DNA from: an uncultured beta proteobacterium
GTDB lineage: Bacteria > Pseudomonadota > Gammaproteobacteria > Burkholderiales > SG8-41
Assembly: GCA_963804885.1 (NCBI GenBank)
Contig: CAWDSF010000017.1
Location: 241-64,240, forward strand
Direction: 5' to 3'
DNA length: 64,000 bases
Positions 62,669-64,000 of this stretch are shown here, in pieces (the stretch's first letter is position 1; every line of letters begins with the position of its first letter). Under the pieces are notes generated by a model that saw only the letters and a program-made list of their open reading frames with translations, did not search any database and was not told the DNA's origin. Both the position numbers and the translations under genes were made by a program.

Positions 62669-64000
62669 TCACGCTTTGCTCAGCAGTCTTGTGAGTTCCC
62701 GGACGTCCGGCAGCCTTTCCAGCCCCAGCAGCATGTCGCGAATACGCGCAGCGCGCTCCGCCGGGATCGCGGGCGCCGTCGTGCCTGTGAATTTGTCGAG
62801 TATCGCCGCGGCCGGCGCGGGTTCGTCCGGCAGGATCTGCTCGCGCTTCTCCAGTTTCTGTCCGTTCTTCATATTGACGATCACTTCCCCCGTGCGGAAT
62901 TTCGGGAAGCCCGAGTCCGTATCGATTTCGTAATCGACTTTATGCGCGAGCGCGACCAACGCGGCGTCGGTGAATGAAGGCTTTTCGAGCTCGGCAAGGC
63001 CGAAGCCGCCGCGCGTGAGGCAGCAGGCGATGCCATACGGCAGGCTGAATTGCGCGGCGTAACTCGAATCGGGCCTGCGTTTCGCGGCGAGCGGCTCGCA
63101 CACGAGCGGAATCGCGGGCTCGGCGATGCGCACGCGGATGGAGTCGATGTCGGCGACGCTGAATTTGTGCTCGCGCGCGATGCCGATCGCCGCGTTGAAG
63201 AACGCGTGCGATTGGTGACACGCCGGGAACAGCTTCAACGACGCGCGCGGAAACTCCCAACGCTGGCCCAGGCCTTCGCAGACACTCGCCGGGTCTGCGT
63301 CCTTGGCGTGCGCGCCGAGGAACGTCGTAAAAAGACCGAAGCGTCCTTCATACGCCTCGCTCGGCCCGATGTAGCCCTCGCGCGCGAGCGTAGCGGCGGT
63401 AATGCCGGACACCGCAGCCCAGCCGGGATGCATGCGCTTCGTCCACGAGCCATCCTGCATCGGCTGCATCGTGCCCGATGCCATGCTGAGCGCCGCACCC
63501 TGGGCAAGCGTGAGTTGCGCAGCGTCGAGCTTCATCAGCCGCCCCGCCGCCATCGTGGCGCCGAACGTGCCGCACACGCTCGTCGCGTGAAAGCCCGCGC
63601 GCAGGAATCCGCCTCTTCCCGCGGAGCCGAGGCGCGCTGCCGTTTCCAGTCCGAGCGCCAGCGCAACCAGGAGCTCTTCTCCGCTCGCGCCGTTGGCGGC
63701 AGCCACACCGAGCACCGTCGGCACGCAGCTCGCGGTGAGATGCACCGAGCCCGGCAGATACGTGTCGTCGTAGTCGAGGCCGTGGATGAGCATGCCGTTC
63801 AGCATCGCAGCATCGCGCAGGGCAAGCGTCTCCGGCATGCCGATGACAGGAGAATCTCCTGCGCCGAGGTGCTTTAACGCGGCGAGCGCGCGCTGCGCGA
63901 AATCGAACTGCGTCGAAGCGAACGCAACGCCGACCGCGTCGATCAGCAGAAGCTTCGCGCGATCCTGGACCGGCCCAGGAATCTGCTCCCACGTGAGGCC
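62669..64000 (-). CDS. MmgE/PrpD family protein (5' end outside window)
   Basis: Frame open to the edge (LTWEQIP..V..RAKLLLIDAVG); NG..IHGLDYDDT, GFHATS, KRMHPGWAA, YEGRFG, KLFPAC, AQFSLPY. Confidence 0.92.
   Translation of the reverse strand, partial: GLTWEQIPGPVQDRAKLLLIDAVGVAFASTQFDFAQRALAALKHLGAGDSPVIGMPETLALRDAAMLNGMLIHGLDYDDTYLPGSVHLTASCVPTVLGVAAANGASGEELLVALALGLETAARLGSAGRGGFLRAGFHATSVCGTFGATMAAGRLMKLDAAQLTLAQGAALSMASGTMQPMQDGSWTKRMHPGWAAVSGITAATLAREGYIGPSEAYEGRFGLFTTFLGAHAKDADPASVCEGLGQRWEFPRASLKLFPACHQSHAFFNAAIGIAREHKFSVADIDSIRVRIAEPAIPLVCEPLAAKRRPDSSYAAQFSLPYGIACCLTRGGFGLAELEKPSFTDAALVALAHKVDYEIDTDSGFPKFRTGEVIVNMKNGQKLEKREQILPDEPAPAAAILDKFTGTTAPAIPAERAARIRDMLLGLERLPDVRELTRLLSKA

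Overview
High-GC betaproteobacterial (Burkholderiales sensu lato) chromosomal segment, probably from a long-read assembly. Many core genes carry single-base indels (recJ, lysS, phaC, rimO and others), which I read as sequencing errors and not pseudogenes. 0-7 kb: a Bug/OYE/lactonase unit, an alphaproteobacterial-looking pyrD, ubiX, TIGR02444 and a fibro-slime PEP-CTERM gene. 7-36 kb: conserved backbone (lolCD, recJ, prfB with its programmed +1 frameshift, lysS, acetoacetate-CoA ligase, bamD-rluD-pgeF, ZIP, phaC-phaB-phaR-rimO, yoaA, NlpC/P60, patatin, a Fur-controlled Fe3+ ABC system with scrambled gene orientation, mltB). 35.5-47.7 kb: an uncharacterised catabolic cluster (Ldh_2, Mo-hydroxylase, alpha/beta hydrolase, three Bug proteins, a ThDP enzyme, UbiD). 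47.7-62.6 kb: an accessory envelope/stress region with a lytic transglycosylase behind a structured leader, galU, an orphan WcaJ-type priming transferase, a sigma54-driven operon of five small proteins, wHTH-treZ-debranching enzyme, cupin, Nramp, and a NarL regulator paired with a sensor-less kinase whose ATP-binding boxes are degenerate. A recurring TGTAGGAC/GTCCTA motif in its intergenic regions may tie this region into one regulon, and it is the best candidate for an undescribed system. No rRNA, tRNA, CRISPR, integrase or transposase was recognised. All assignments come from motif recognition by eye; no database searches were run.
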